Shown: piece by piece, positions 24,002-32,721 of the stretch
How the letters are laid out: each line of letters begins with the position of its first letter
Numbering within the stretch: position 1 is the stretch's first letter
Source: an uncultured Burkholderiales bacterium
GTDB lineage: Bacteria; Pseudomonadota; Gammaproteobacteria; Burkholderiales; Thiobacillaceae
NCBI GenBank assembly: GCA_964584195.1
Contig: CAZOZD010000001.1
Coordinates: 1 to 32,721 of the forward strand
Length of the DNA stretch: 32,721 bases
Direction: 5' to 3'
Translations under genes and position numbers: made by a program
The notes under the pieces: generated by a model
The model's input: the letters and a program-made list of their open reading frames with translations, nothing else
Database searches by the model: none
Told to the model about the DNA's origin: nothing

Positions 24002-24391
24002 ATGGAGGAGTTGCCCAGGGGCGTCAAGGTGATGGTGATCGACGACAGCAACACCATCCGCCGCAGTGCCGAGATATTTCTTGGCCAGGCCGGTTGCGAG
24101 GTGGTGCTGGCCGAGGATGGCTTTGATGCACTGGCCAAGATCGCCGACCAGCACCCGGCGCTGATCTTCGTCGACATCATGATGCCGCGCCTGGATGGCT
24201 ACCAGACCTGCGCTCTGATCAAGAAAAATCCGCGCTTTCGCGATACCCCGGTCATCATGCTCTCATCCAAGGACGGCCTGTTCGACCGCGCCCGGGGCCG
24301 CCTGGTCGGTTCCGACGAATACCTGACCAAGCCGTTCAGCAAGGAGGGGCTCCTCGAAGTGGTGCGCCGCCATGCCGGTGGCCGCTCCTGA
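24002..24391 (+). CDS. pilG: Twitching-motility CheY-like response regulator PilG
   Basis: MEELPRGVKVMVIDDSNTIRRSAEIFLGQAGCEVVLAEDGFDALAKIADQHPALIFVDIMMPRLDGYQTCALIKKNPRFRDTPVIMLSSKDGLFDRARGRLVGSDEYLTKPFSKE is near-collinear with Pseudomonas PilG as I recall it. ATG 23978 is an alternative start. Confidence 0.88.
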   Translation: MEELPRGVKVMVIDDSNTIRRSAEIFLGQAGCEVVLAEDGFDALAKIADQHPALIFVDIMMPRLDGYQTCALIKKNPRFRDTPVIMLSSKDGLFDRARGRLVGSDEYLTKPFSKEGLLEVVRRHAGGRS

Positions 24392-24407
24392 GCCGGAGAA
24401 CCTTGTC

Positions 24408-24776
24408 ATGGCCATCCATCGCGTGCTGATCGTCGACGACTCGCCCACCGAGCGTTATTACCTCTCCGACATCCTGCGCCGCAACGGCTTCGAGGTGAGC
24501 ACCGCCGAGAACGGCGAGGAGGGTCTCGCCAAGGCCCGTGCCGACAAGCCCGACCTGATCCTGATGGATGTGGTGATGCCGGGCCAGAACGGCTTCCAGG
24601 CCACCCGCAGCCTTTCCCGCGACCCCGATACCAAGAACATCCCGGTGATCCTGTGCACCACCAAGGACCAGGACACAGACAAGATGTGGGGGCTGCGCCA
24701 GGGGGCCGCTGCCTATCTGGTCAAGCCGGTGCAGGCGGAAGACCTCCTGGCCAGTATCCGGGCCCTGGCTGGATGA
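24408..24776 (+). CDS. pilH: Twitching-motility CheY-like response regulator PilH
   Basis: [19 protein letters not shown]...[19 protein letters not shown]...[36 protein letters not shown] 8 nt upstream of the ATG at 24408. Confidence 0.88.
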   Translation: MAIHRVLIVDDSPTERYYLSDILRRNGFEVSTAENGEEGLAKARADKPDLILMDVVMPGQNGFQATRSLSRDPDTKNIPVILCTTKDQDTDKMWGLRQGAAAYLVKPVQAEDLLASIRALAG

Positions 24777-25288
24777 GCGAACGCGTCAGCCTGCGCGAAT
24801 TCCAGGCCCGGCTGGCCGAGCGTCTCTCCAGCGTCGCCCGCCAGCCGGGCGAATCCTCCAAGCTGGGCTTCGTGGCGGGCGAACGGCACTGGCTGGTCGA
24901 TCTGGATCAGGTCAGCGCGCTGACCGGGGTGTCGCGTCTCACCCCGGTGCCCTGGGCGCGACCGTGGTTCCTCGGCGTGGTCAGTGTGCGTGGCGTGCTG
25001 TATGGCTGTACCGATCTCGCTGCCTTTGTGGGCGCCGGGCGCACGGTGGAGCCGGGCGAGCTTCGTGTGCTGCTTGCCCACCCCCGCTTCGGGGTCAACG
25101 CTGCCATCCGCATCGAACGCGCGCTCGGCCTGCGCAGCATTGCCGGCATGCAGGCCGGCGCCCCGCAAGCCGACGCACCGGCCTGGATGCGGCAACGCTG
25201 GCAAGGTGGAGACGGCCAGGTCTGGAATGAACTCGACATGGAAGCGCTGGTGAATGACCCCGTCTTCCTGCACGCCGGCCAGGATTGA
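24773..25288 (+). CDS. pilI: CheW-like coupling protein PilI
   Basis: 171 aa, CheW-like ([29 protein letters not shown]). The ATG overlaps the pilH stop (ATGA). Position between pilH and pilJ. Confidence 0.8.
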   Translation: MSERVSLREFQARLAERLSSVARQPGESSKLGFVAGERHWLVDLDQVSALTGVSRLTPVPWARPWFLGVVSVRGVLYGCTDLAAFVGAGRTVEPGELRVLLAHPRFGVNAAIRIERALGLRSIAGMQAGAPQADAPAWMRQRWQGGDGQVWNELDMEALVNDPVFLHAGQD

Positions 25289-25323
25289 CGCCGACCGGCG
25301 CAGCACCTGATGAAGGACGAACG

Positions 25324-27441
25324 ATGGCAATGAAAAAATCCAAGCCCGCCGGCCGTTCCGGCCAGGGTCCGCTGGCCCGGCTCGCCCACGCCGTCGGCGA
25401 ATCGCTGGCGAAAGGGCTCAATGCCCTGGCTGCGCGCGACCCGGGTAACCTGCCGCTGATCAAGGGGCTGCCGGAGGAGCAGCGCTATCCGACCCTGGTG
25501 CTGGTGCTCCTGCTCAGTGTGCTGTGCACCCTGGCTGGCGTCACCTACCACTTCTACCGTATCGGTAATCACGCCGAATACCTGGAGACCGCCACCCGTT
25601 TGCAAATGTTGTCGCAGCGTTACGCCAATGCGGCGCAACGGGCCGTGCTCGGTGACGAGGCCGCTTTCGAGCGTCTTTCCGGTGGCGCCCGCGAGTTCGC
25701 CGACGGGCTCGCCTTCCTGAGCGATGGGCGCGGCTGGACTCCGGGTTCGCCGGCCGCGGTGCAGCCCGACCTGGTCGAGCTGAGGCGCCTGTGGACGGCC
25801 TCGCGTGCCAACATCGACATACTGGTCGAACAGCAAAAGCCGCTGGTCGGTCTGGGCGCGGCGATCCGCCTGATCAACCGCCAGACCGGCGAGCTGTTCG
25901 ATCTCACCGAACAGCTCGCGGCGCTGTTGCAGGCCGACGGCGGCCGCCTGGCACGGCTGGCCGGGCAACAGTCGCTGTGGACCCAGCGCATGGCCAGGAA
26001 CGCCAACGCCCTGGCCACCGCCGAGGCCATCGATGCCGAGATCGCCTATCAGCTCGACAAGGACGCGCAATCGTTCCGCGCCGTGCTCGATGGCATGCGC
26101 CAGGGTGGCGGCGGATTCAATCTGGCACCGGTGAGTGACGCGGCGGCGCGCGCCAAGCTGGACGAACTGGCCACCCTGTTCGCGACCTACGAGGCCGGCG
26201 TGGGCGCGCTGATGCAGGTCCTGCCGCAACTGGTGCGCGGCAAGCAGGCAGCGCGTGCCATCCTCGACGACAGCGACCGCATCCTGGCCCTGACCCAGGG
26301 CGTCAGCGGCAAGTATCGTGACACCAGCCACCTGCCTTCCCTGATCATATCGATCGGCGCCGCGTTCATGAGCGCGGTATCCCTGTTCCTGCTGGTGCTG
26401 TACAACCTGGCCGAGTCGCGCAAGATCGGCGAGGAGGCCGCGCGCGAAAACCGCCGCAACCAGGACGCCATCCTGCGCCTGCTCAACGAGATGGGTGACC
26501 TCGCCGAGGGCAATCTGACCGTGCGCACCACCGTCTCGGAAGACATCACCGGCGCCATCGCCGACTCGGTCAATTTCGCCATCGAGGAACTGCGCATGCT
26601 GGTCGAGAACGTCAACCGCGCCGCCGACCAGGTCACCCAGGCCACCGTCGATGCCAAGCAGATTTCCGACGAGATGCTGGCGGTGGCCGACCGCCAGGCG
26701 CAGGAGATCGCCCGCGCCAGCGATTCGGTCAACCGCATGTCAGGCTCGATCTCGCAGGTGGCGCAGAATGCCGCCGACTCTGCCGATGTGGCGGGCCAGT
26801 CCCTGGAGGCGGCGCAACGCGGCGGCGAATCGGTACGCGAGGGCATCGCCAGCATGAACGCGCTGCGCGAACAGATCCAGGACACCGCGAAACGCATCAA
26901 GCGGCTGGGCGAGTCGTCGCAGGAGATCGGCGAGATCGTCGAACTGATCTCGGACATCACCGAGCAGACCAACGTTCTGGCCCTCAATGCCGCCATCCAG
27001 GCCGCCGCCGCCGGCGAGGCGGGCCGTGGGTTCTCGGTGGTGGCGGAAGAAGTGCAGCGTCTGGCGGAACGCTCCGGTGCGGCCACCCGCCGCATCGGTG
27101 CCATCGTCAAGACCATCCAGAGCGATACCCAGGACGCCGTGCATGCCATGGAGGTGAGCACCCAGGGCGTGGTCGAGGGTGCGGCCAAGACCGACGGTGC
27201 CGCCAGCGCCCTGCAGGACATCGAGGCGGTGTCGGAACGGCTGGCGCGGCTGATCCAGAACATCTCCGCCTCCACCCGCGAGCAGGCCGGCATGGCCACC
27301 CAGATCGCGCAGAACATGCAGCAGGTGCTGGCCCAGACCCGGCTCGCCTCGGACAGTGCCCGCAAGAGCGCCGAATCGATCGGCGAGCTGACCGTGCTGT
27401 CCGACGAGCTGAAGGTCTCGGTGGCCGGCTTCAAGCTCTGA
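25324..27441 (+). CDS. pilJ: Methyl-accepting chemotaxis protein PilJ
   Basis: N-terminal TM helix, periplasmic region, second TM helix, HAMP, and the highly conserved MCP signalling hairpin ([48 protein letters not shown]). SD AGGA 6 nt upstream of the ATG at 25324. Confidence 0.88.
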   Translation: MAMKKSKPAGRSGQGPLARLAHAVGESLAKGLNALAARDPGNLPLIKGLPEEQRYPTLVLVLLLSVLCTLAGVTYHFYRIGNHAEYLETATRLQMLSQRYANAAQRAVLGDEAAFERLSGGAREFADGLAFLSDGRGWTPGSPAAVQPDLVELRRLWTASRANIDILVEQQKPLVGLGAAIRLINRQTGELFDLTEQLAALLQADGGRLARLAGQQSLWTQRMARNANALATAEAIDAEIAYQLDKDAQSFRAVLDGMRQGGGGFNLAPVSDAAARAKLDELATLFATYEAGVGALMQVLPQLVRGKQAARAILDDSDRILALTQGVSGKYRDTSHLPSLIISIGAAFMSAVSLFLLVLYNLAESRKIGEEAARENRRNQDAILRLLNEMGDLAEGNLTVRTTVSEDITGAIADSVNFAIEELRMLVENVNRAADQVTQATVDAKQISDEMLAVADRQAQEIARASDSVNRMSGSISQVAQNAADSADVAGQSLEAAQRGGESVREGIASMNALREQIQDTAKRIKRLGESSQEIGEIVELISDITEQTNVLALNAAIQAAAAGEAGRGFSVVAEEVQRLAERSGAATRRIGAIVKTIQSDTQDAVHAMEVSTQGVVEGAAKTDGAASALQDIEAVSERLARLIQNISASTREQAGMATQIAQNMQQVLAQTRLASDSARKSAESIGELTVLSDELKVSVAGFKL

Positions 27442-27456
27442 CCCGGGGAAACATCC

Positions 27457-30400
27457 ATGGATAACCTGATCGAGTTCGACATTGGTCCGCTGACCTGGGT
27501 CAAGGGCGAGATCGACAACGCATTCGCTGCCGCGCGCGAGGCCCTGACGGGCTGGAACGGCACCGACGAGACCCCGCTCAAGGCGGCTGCCGCGCATCTG
27601 CACCAGGTCTACGGCGCACTCCAGATCGTCGACCTGCAAGGGGTGTCGCTGGTCTGCGCCGAGGCCGAGCGCCTGCTGGCCGACATGCAGGCCCGCCCCG
27701 AGTTGCGCGATGCCGAATCGGTGGCGGTGCTGGGCACGGTCATCGACGCCCTGCAAGCCTACTTGCAGGCCTTGCTCGATGGCCGTCCCAATACCGAGCT
27801 TGCACTCGCACCCCAGCTTGCAGCCCTGCAAGCCCGGCGCGGTGCCGATCCGGCGCCGCCGAGCGAGCTGTTCTACCCCGACACCAGCGTACGCCAGCCA
27901 CGCACCGAGCCGGAGCTGAACCTCGACGACGAAGCCCGCCGGCGTGCCCTGCACGCTGCCCGCGCCCGTTACCAGAAGGGCCTGCTGCGGGTGTTGCAGA
28001 ACAAGGACGCCGCCACCGGCCTGATGGAGATGGGCGATGCCCTGCGCGAGGTCGAGACACTGGCGCCGGGGCCGGCGCAATACACCTTCTGGTGGTCGAC
28101 AGGGGCCTTGGTCGAGGCCCTGCGCAGTGGTGGTCTCGAACTCGACCCCTGGGTCAAACGCCTGTTCGGTCGCGTCGACCTGCAATTGCGCCGCCTCATG
28201 GAAGGTTCGAAATCACTCGCCGATCGTTTGCTGCGCGACCTGTTCTATTACCTCGCCCGGGCCGACGTGGCCGAGGGTCGCGCTGCCGAGGCACGCGAGC
28301 GATTCGGCCTCGCCGCCTGGCTTCCGGTCGCGCCGGAGACTGCGCGCGGCGACGATGTGCGACCGCGCCTCGCCGCATTGCGGGAGCTGGTCAATACCGC
28401 CAAGGAGCATTGGCTGAAGCTGTGCGGTGGCCGTGAGGACGCGGTCGAGCCCTTCCGTCAGGTCGCGGTCCGGCTGGCCGATGCATGCGCCGCGCTGCCC
28501 AGCCCGGGCCTCGCCCAGCTGGCCCGCATCCAGCAATCCATCGCCCGCGAGTTCGGCAGTGCCGCCGCCGCCAGCCAGAATGAGGGCCTGCAACTGGAGA
28601 TGGCGACCGCGCTGATCCTGATCCAGAACGCCAGCGAGCGCGACTGGCCGTTGCCCGATGAGTTCAATCAGCAAACCGGCTTGCAGGGCCAGCGCTTGCA
28701 GGCGGCGATCGATCCCGAACTCGATCTCGCCCAGTTGCCGAGCGTACCCATGCTTGACGAGATGGCGCGCCAGGCGCAGGAAAAATTGCTGCTAGCCCAG
28801 GTCAGCCAGGAGATCCTCGCCAATCTCAAGGAGGTCGAGGCACTGCTCGACCGTTTCTTCCGCGACTCCAGCCAGCGCGAGTCGCTGCCCCTGGTACCCG
28901 GCCTGATGAAACAGGTGCTGGGCGCGCTCAACATGCTGGAACTGGATGCCGCCGCCGAGCTGGCGCGCGAAAGCATCGCCCGCATCGAGGCCCTGGCCGC
29001 CAGCCCCGAGGCACCGGCCGCCGATGCGCTCGACTGGGTCGCCGAGGCAATCTCCACCCTGGGCCTGTACATCGAGGCGCTGCGTCTGGGGCGTGATGAT
29101 CAGGCCGCCCTGCGCGGCCTGCTGGCGCCGCCCGCCGCCGAGGCGCGGGAAGTCCGTGTCGAGGACGCGCTGCGCGCCCAGCTCGCCGCGGCCCGGAGCG
29201 AAGTCGAGGCATGGATCGCCGCCCCGGCCGAGACCGCCGGTGCCGAGGTCGCCAGGGCCGCGCTCAAGACGACCCTGGCCGGCCTCCAGCGCGACGCCGA
29301 CCTGGTCAGCGACCCCGTCCTGCGCGCCGAAGCCGAGGCGCTGGCACACCAGCTCGACCAGGAAGTGGCCGAGCGCCTCGCCCAGGCCGAACGCGCCGCG
29401 GCCGAAAAGACCGCCGCCGAAGCCGCCGCGGCTGCCGCAAGCATGGCGGCGGCGAGCGCCCAGGAAGTGGACGCCGAATTGTTGCAGATCTACCTCGAAG
29501 AGGCGGTCGAGGTACTGGAAGGCATTCGTGACCACCTCGCCCGCCTGCGCGCCAGTCCGGGCGACCGCGATGCATTCGCCGACATCCGGCGCGGATTCCA
29601 CACCCTCAAGGGCAGTGGCCGCATGGTAGGGCTCACCGATCCTGCCGAGGTGGCCTGGGAGGTGGAACAGACCCTCAACGTCTGGCTCGCCGACGGTCGT
29701 GCGGTCAACCCCGACCTGATCGAGTTCATTGCCGGCGCGGCGGCGGCATTCGCCACCTGGGTGGCCGAACTGGAGGCGCATGGCCGGGTCGTGGTCGAGG
29801 CCGATGCACTCGTCACCGCCGCGCGCGCCCTGCGTGGTGAGGGAGGCGCGCCGCCCCCAAAAGCTGACGCGGGGGCGCCGGCGCCGGCGGCCCCCGCGAG
29901 CCCGGCCGACGATCTGGTCCGCTTTGGCGAGCACAGTCTGCCGGCGGCGCTGTTCCAGATCTTCGCCGCTGAGGCCCGGCAACGCCTGGACGACCTGAAG
30001 CGCATGGTGCCGGAGTTTGCCGCCGGCACAGGTGGCGAAGACTTCGTCCGTGCCGCCCATACCCTGGCTGGCATCGCCCGGACCACCGGCTTTACCCCGC
30101 TGGCCGAGGCCGCGCACACCATCGAAGGCTGGGCCCAGGCTCACGCCGCGAAGGGCACGCCGGCGATCGACGCGGCCCGCTTCGAGCCCATCCTGGAGCG
30201 GCTCGAAGTCATGCTGGCGGAGATCCTGGCTGGCCGCTTCCCGGTGCCGGTTTCCGGGCTGGCCGACGAGCTGGCGATCCTCGATGGGGGCGACGAGACC
30301 ACCCTGCCTTCGTCCGAACCGGACCCCGAGCCGGCTCCTGAGCCAGTCCCCGAACCGGTGCCGCTCGATGCCAGTGCTGTCGCAGCGGACGAGCCGGATC

Positions 30401-32613
30401 CGCTCGACCCGCTCCTGCTGCCCATCTTCCTCGCCGAGGCGGAAGAGTTGCTGCCACGCATCGGCGAGGCACTCCGGCAATGGCGCCAGTTCCCCGCCGA
30501 CGTGACCCGTCGGGCAGCCCTGCAACGCCTGCTGCACACCCTCAAGGGCAGCGCCCGCATGGCTGGGGCCATGCGTCTGGGCGAGCAGGCCCATGCCCTG
30601 GAAACGGAGATCGTCGAACTGGGCGATGCGGCTCCGGATCCGGCCCGGCTCGACCGTTTCGACGAGGCTGGCGACCGACTCGCCGAACGGATCGAACGCC
30701 TCGCCCGGCCGGGCCCGGCCGCCAGCAGGCACGAATCGGCGCCGGCCACGGAACCGGCGCGCGCCCCGGTCGAGACAAGCCCCGAAGCGGCCCGTGCCGG
30801 CCCCTGGCGGGCCCGACCCGACGTGCTCGACAGCCTGCTCAACGAGGCGGGCGAGATCAGCATTGCCCGCGCCCGCCTGGAAAACGTCATCTTCCATTAC
30901 AAGATGACTGCGCAGGAACTCACCGCCAACGTCGATCGGCTGCGCAATCAGTTGCGCGAAATGGAAATCCAGGCGGAGACCCAGATGCGCTCGCAACTGG
31001 CGGCACAGCAACAGGAGGACGCACGCTTCGATCCGCTTGAATTCGACCGCTTCACACGTCTGCAGGAACTCACCCGGCTGATGGCGGAAAGTGTGAACGA
31101 CGTATCCACCGCCCAGGACAACCTGCTCTCCGGCCTGACCGAGGCGGAGACTGCGCTCACCCAGCAGCAGCGCATGGCGCGTGCATTGCAGCAGGAACTG
31201 ATGGGCCTGCGTCTGGTGCCCTTCGCCAGCCAGGCCGACCGCCTGCACCGCATCGTCCGCCAGGCGGCGCGCGAGCTGGGCAGAAAGGCGCGCCTGGTCA
31301 TCGAAGGCAGCGAGAAAGAGATCGATCGCACCCTCCTGGAGCGGGTCACCGCACCGCTCGAACACCTGTTGCGCAATGCCGTGGCGCATGGCATCGAAGC
31401 GCCCGAGGTGCGCCGGGCGGTCGGCAAGCCGGAGGAGGGGCGCATCGAACTCTCGGTTGCACACGAAGGCAACGAGGTGGTGGTGCGCATCAGCGACGAT
31501 GGTGCCGGCATCGACTCCGCCCGCGTGCGCCATCGCGCCGAGGCCCTGGGCTGGCTGAGCCGGGACGAGCCCGCCAGCGACGAACGCCTGTACGGTTTAC
31601 TGTTCCAGTCCGGTTTTTCCACCGCCGACACCGTCACCCAGCTCGCCGGGCGCGGCGTCGGCCTCGACGTGGTACGCAGCGAGGTCGCCGGTGTCGGCGG
31701 TCGCGTCCGTCTCGAAAGCCAGCCCGGCCAGGGCTGCCGTTTCACCCTGCGCCTGCCGCTCACCCTCGCCCTGGCGGCAGTGGTGCTGGCGGTGGCGGGC
31801 GATCAGACCTATGCCCTGCCGGCCAGCAACGTGGTGCTGGTCAAGGAAGTGCGGGAAGAAGAATGGAACACCATCGCCGCCGCTGGCAGGGTGGAGTTCG
31901 AGTCGGTCCATTACCCGCTGCGCAGCCTCGCCGAGCTGACCATGCAGACCGCAGTGGCGCCTGAAGGAAAATACCGTACCGTGATGCTGCTCGCCTCCGG
32001 CGACGAGCGCCTGGCCCTCCGGGTCGACCGCCTGCTCGGCAACTATGAGGCCGTGGTGAAGAACATCGGCCCGCAACTGGCCCGGGTCGCCGGTGTGGCC
32101 GGGGCGACCGTGCTCGGCGACGGCCGCGTCGCACTCATCCTCAATCCGTTTGCCCTGGCCGAGCGCGCCGCCGCGGCCGGGCCAGGCACGCCAACGGCGC
32201 AGGCTGCACAAGTGCCTGCCGGCGAACAGAAGCCGCTGGTTCTGGTGGTCGACGACTCACTGACCGTGCGCAAGATCACCGGCCGCCTGCTGCACCGCGA
32301 AGGTTACCGCGTCGCCACCGCCAAGGACGGCATGGAAGCGCTCGAATTCCTCGAACAGGAATGCCCCGCAGTGATGCTGCTCGACATCGAAATGCCGCGC
32401 ATGGACGGCTTCGAAACCGCCCGCCACGTGCGCGCCAACGAACTGACCCACGACCTGTCCATCATCATGATCACCTCGCGCAGCGCCGACAAACACCGCC
32501 AGCACGCCCTCGAACTGGGGGTCGACGTATACATGGGCAAGCCCTACCAGGAAGCTGAACTGCTCGCCGAGATTGCACGCTTTGCCGGCCGGGGCCGTGC
32601 AACCGGCTCTTGA
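27457..32613 (+). CDS. chpA: ChpA/PilL-type hybrid CheA histidine kinase (multiple Hpt domains, HATPase, CheW-like domain, C-terminal receiver)
   Basis: 1718 aa. Hpt-like His motifs at AAAHLHQVYGALQ, RRGFHTLKGSGRMVGL, VRAAHTLAGIARTTGF and QRLLHTLKGSARMAGA. Kinase boxes HLLRNAVAHGIE, DDGAGID and GRGVGLDVV. A CheW-like segment follows, then REC (LVLVVDDSLTVRKI...LLDIEMPRMDG...GKP). Pro/Glu-rich linker PEPAPEPVPEPVP. Confidence 0.9.
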   Translation: MDNLIEFDIGPLTWVKGEIDNAFAAAREALTGWNGTDETPLKAAAAHLHQVYGALQIVDLQGVSLVCAEAERLLADMQARPELRDAESVAVLGTVIDALQAYLQALLDGRPNTELALAPQLAALQARRGADPAPPSELFYPDTSVRQPRTEPELNLDDEARRRALHAARARYQKGLLRVLQNKDAATGLMEMGDALREVETLAPGPAQYTFWWSTGALVEALRSGGLELDPWVKRLFGRVDLQLRRLMEGSKSLADRLLRDLFYYLARADVAEGRAAEARERFGLAAWLPVAPETARGDDVRPRLAALRELVNTAKEHWLKLCGGREDAVEPFRQVAVRLADACAALPSPGLAQLARIQQSIAREFGSAAAASQNEGLQLEMATALILIQNASERDWPLPDEFNQQTGLQGQRLQAAIDPELDLAQLPSVPMLDEMARQAQEKLLLAQVSQEILANLKEVEALLDRFFRDSSQRESLPLVPGLMKQVLGALNMLELDAAAELARESIARIEALAASPEAPAADALDWVAEAISTLGLYIEALRLGRDDQAALRGLLAPPAAEAREVRVEDALRAQLAAARSEVEAWIAAPAETAGAEVARAALKTTLAGLQRDADLVSDPVLRAEAEALAHQLDQEVAERLAQAERAAAEKTAAEAAAAAASMAAASAQEVDAELLQIYLEEAVEVLEGIRDHLARLRASPGDRDAFADIRRGFHTLKGSGRMVGLTDPAEVAWEVEQTLNVWLADGRAVNPDLIEFIAGAAAAFATWVAELEAHGRVVVEADALVTAARALRGEGGAPPPKADAGAPAPAAPASPADDLVRFGEHSLPAALFQIFAAEARQRLDDLKRMVPEFAAGTGGEDFVRAAHTLAGIARTTGFTPLAEAAHTIEGWAQAHAAKGTPAIDAARFEPILERLEVMLAEILAGRFPVPVSGLADELAILDGGDETTLPSSEPDPEPAPEPVPEPVPLDASAVAADEPDPLDPLLLPIFLAEAEELLPRIGEALRQWRQFPADVTRRAALQRLLHTLKGSARMAGAMRLGEQAHALETEIVELGDAAPDPARLDRFDEAGDRLAERIERLARPGPAASRHESAPATEPARAPVETSPEAARAGPWRARPDVLDSLLNEAGEISIARARLENVIFHYKMTAQELTANVDRLRNQLREMEIQAETQMRSQLAAQQQEDARFDPLEFDRFTRLQELTRLMAESVNDVSTAQDNLLSGLTEAETALTQQQRMARALQQELMGLRLVPFASQADRLHRIVRQAARELGRKARLVIEGSEKEIDRTLLERVTAPLEHLLRNAVAHGIEAPEVRRAVGKPEEGRIELSVAHEGNEVVVRISDDGAGIDSARVRHRAEALGWLSRDEPASDERLYGLLFQSGFSTADTVTQLAGRGVGLDVVRSEVAGVGGRVRLESQPGQGCRFTLRLPLTLALAAVVLAVAGDQTYALPASNVVLVKEVREEEWNTIAAAGRVEFESVHYPLRSLAELTMQTAVAPEGKYRTVMLLASGDERLALRVDRLLGNYEAVVKNIGPQLARVAGVAGATVLGDGRVALILNPFALAERAAAAGPGTPTAQAAQVPAGEQKPLVLVVDDSLTVRKITGRLLHREGYRVATAKDGMEALEFLEQECPAVMLLDIEMPRMDGFETARHVRANELTHDLSIIMITSRSADKHRQHALELGVDVYMGKPYQEAELLAEIARFAGRGRATGS

Positions 32614-32721
32614 ACCGTCGAATCGGCACGCCATGAAAAAGAACGAGGCGCTCGACGAAACCCACAGCTGAACCGCCCCGGGTTTTGAGGAGGCTTCGAC
32701 TCTTGAGAGAATGAGGCCATG

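Noticed and set aside
32633-32721. Mini-ORF MKKNEALDETHS (32633-32671), and a possible gene start near 32701-32721 after GAGGAGG
   Set aside because: The mini-ORF is too short to support. The second candidate is cut off by the window end after at most a few codons.

Overview
GC-rich proteobacterial chromosomal segment. Gene content suggests a sulfur-oxidising, H2-using betaproteobacterium, but this is inference from gene families only. Most of the window is housekeeping or energy metabolism, and I see no recognisable defence island, CRISPR array or intact mobile element. Left to right: (1) the 3' part of a QmoB/HdrA-like gene with an MvhD domain, then hdrC- and hdrB-like genes; (2) a tRNA cluster (Pro-Arg-His on +, Arg(CCT) on -, Arg(CCG) on +) interleaved with three small unknown genes; (3) an N-terminal tyrosine-integrase remnant directly after tRNA-Arg(CCG), abutting a complete minus-strand NAD-reducing soluble [NiFe]-hydrogenase operon hoxFUYH-hoxW; (4) divergently, sucrose-phosphate synthase (with an SPP-like domain), a sucrose-synthase homologue and an MscS-family channel; (5) glnE, acs; (6) a 580-bp spacer between convergent genes; (7) a minus-strand thiD-thiE-hemL-(DsrS-like?) operon; (8) a pilG-pilH-pilI-pilJ-chpA twitching-motility chemosensory cluster. 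The points most worth a second look are listed here. The sucrose-synthase homologue seems to lack about 220-250 internal residues in frame. A perfect 41-bp copy of the acs 3' end lies 139 bp downstream. The same spacer holds two consensus DnaA boxes, a third imperfect box, a 24%-GC tract and short iterated motifs. The tRNA-Arg/integrase-remnant/hox arrangement looks like a decayed island. An AT-rich palindrome sits in the hoxF/sps divergent region. Many long ORFs in the track mirror real genes on the opposite strand or in another frame. They are typical high-GC artefacts and were rejected.
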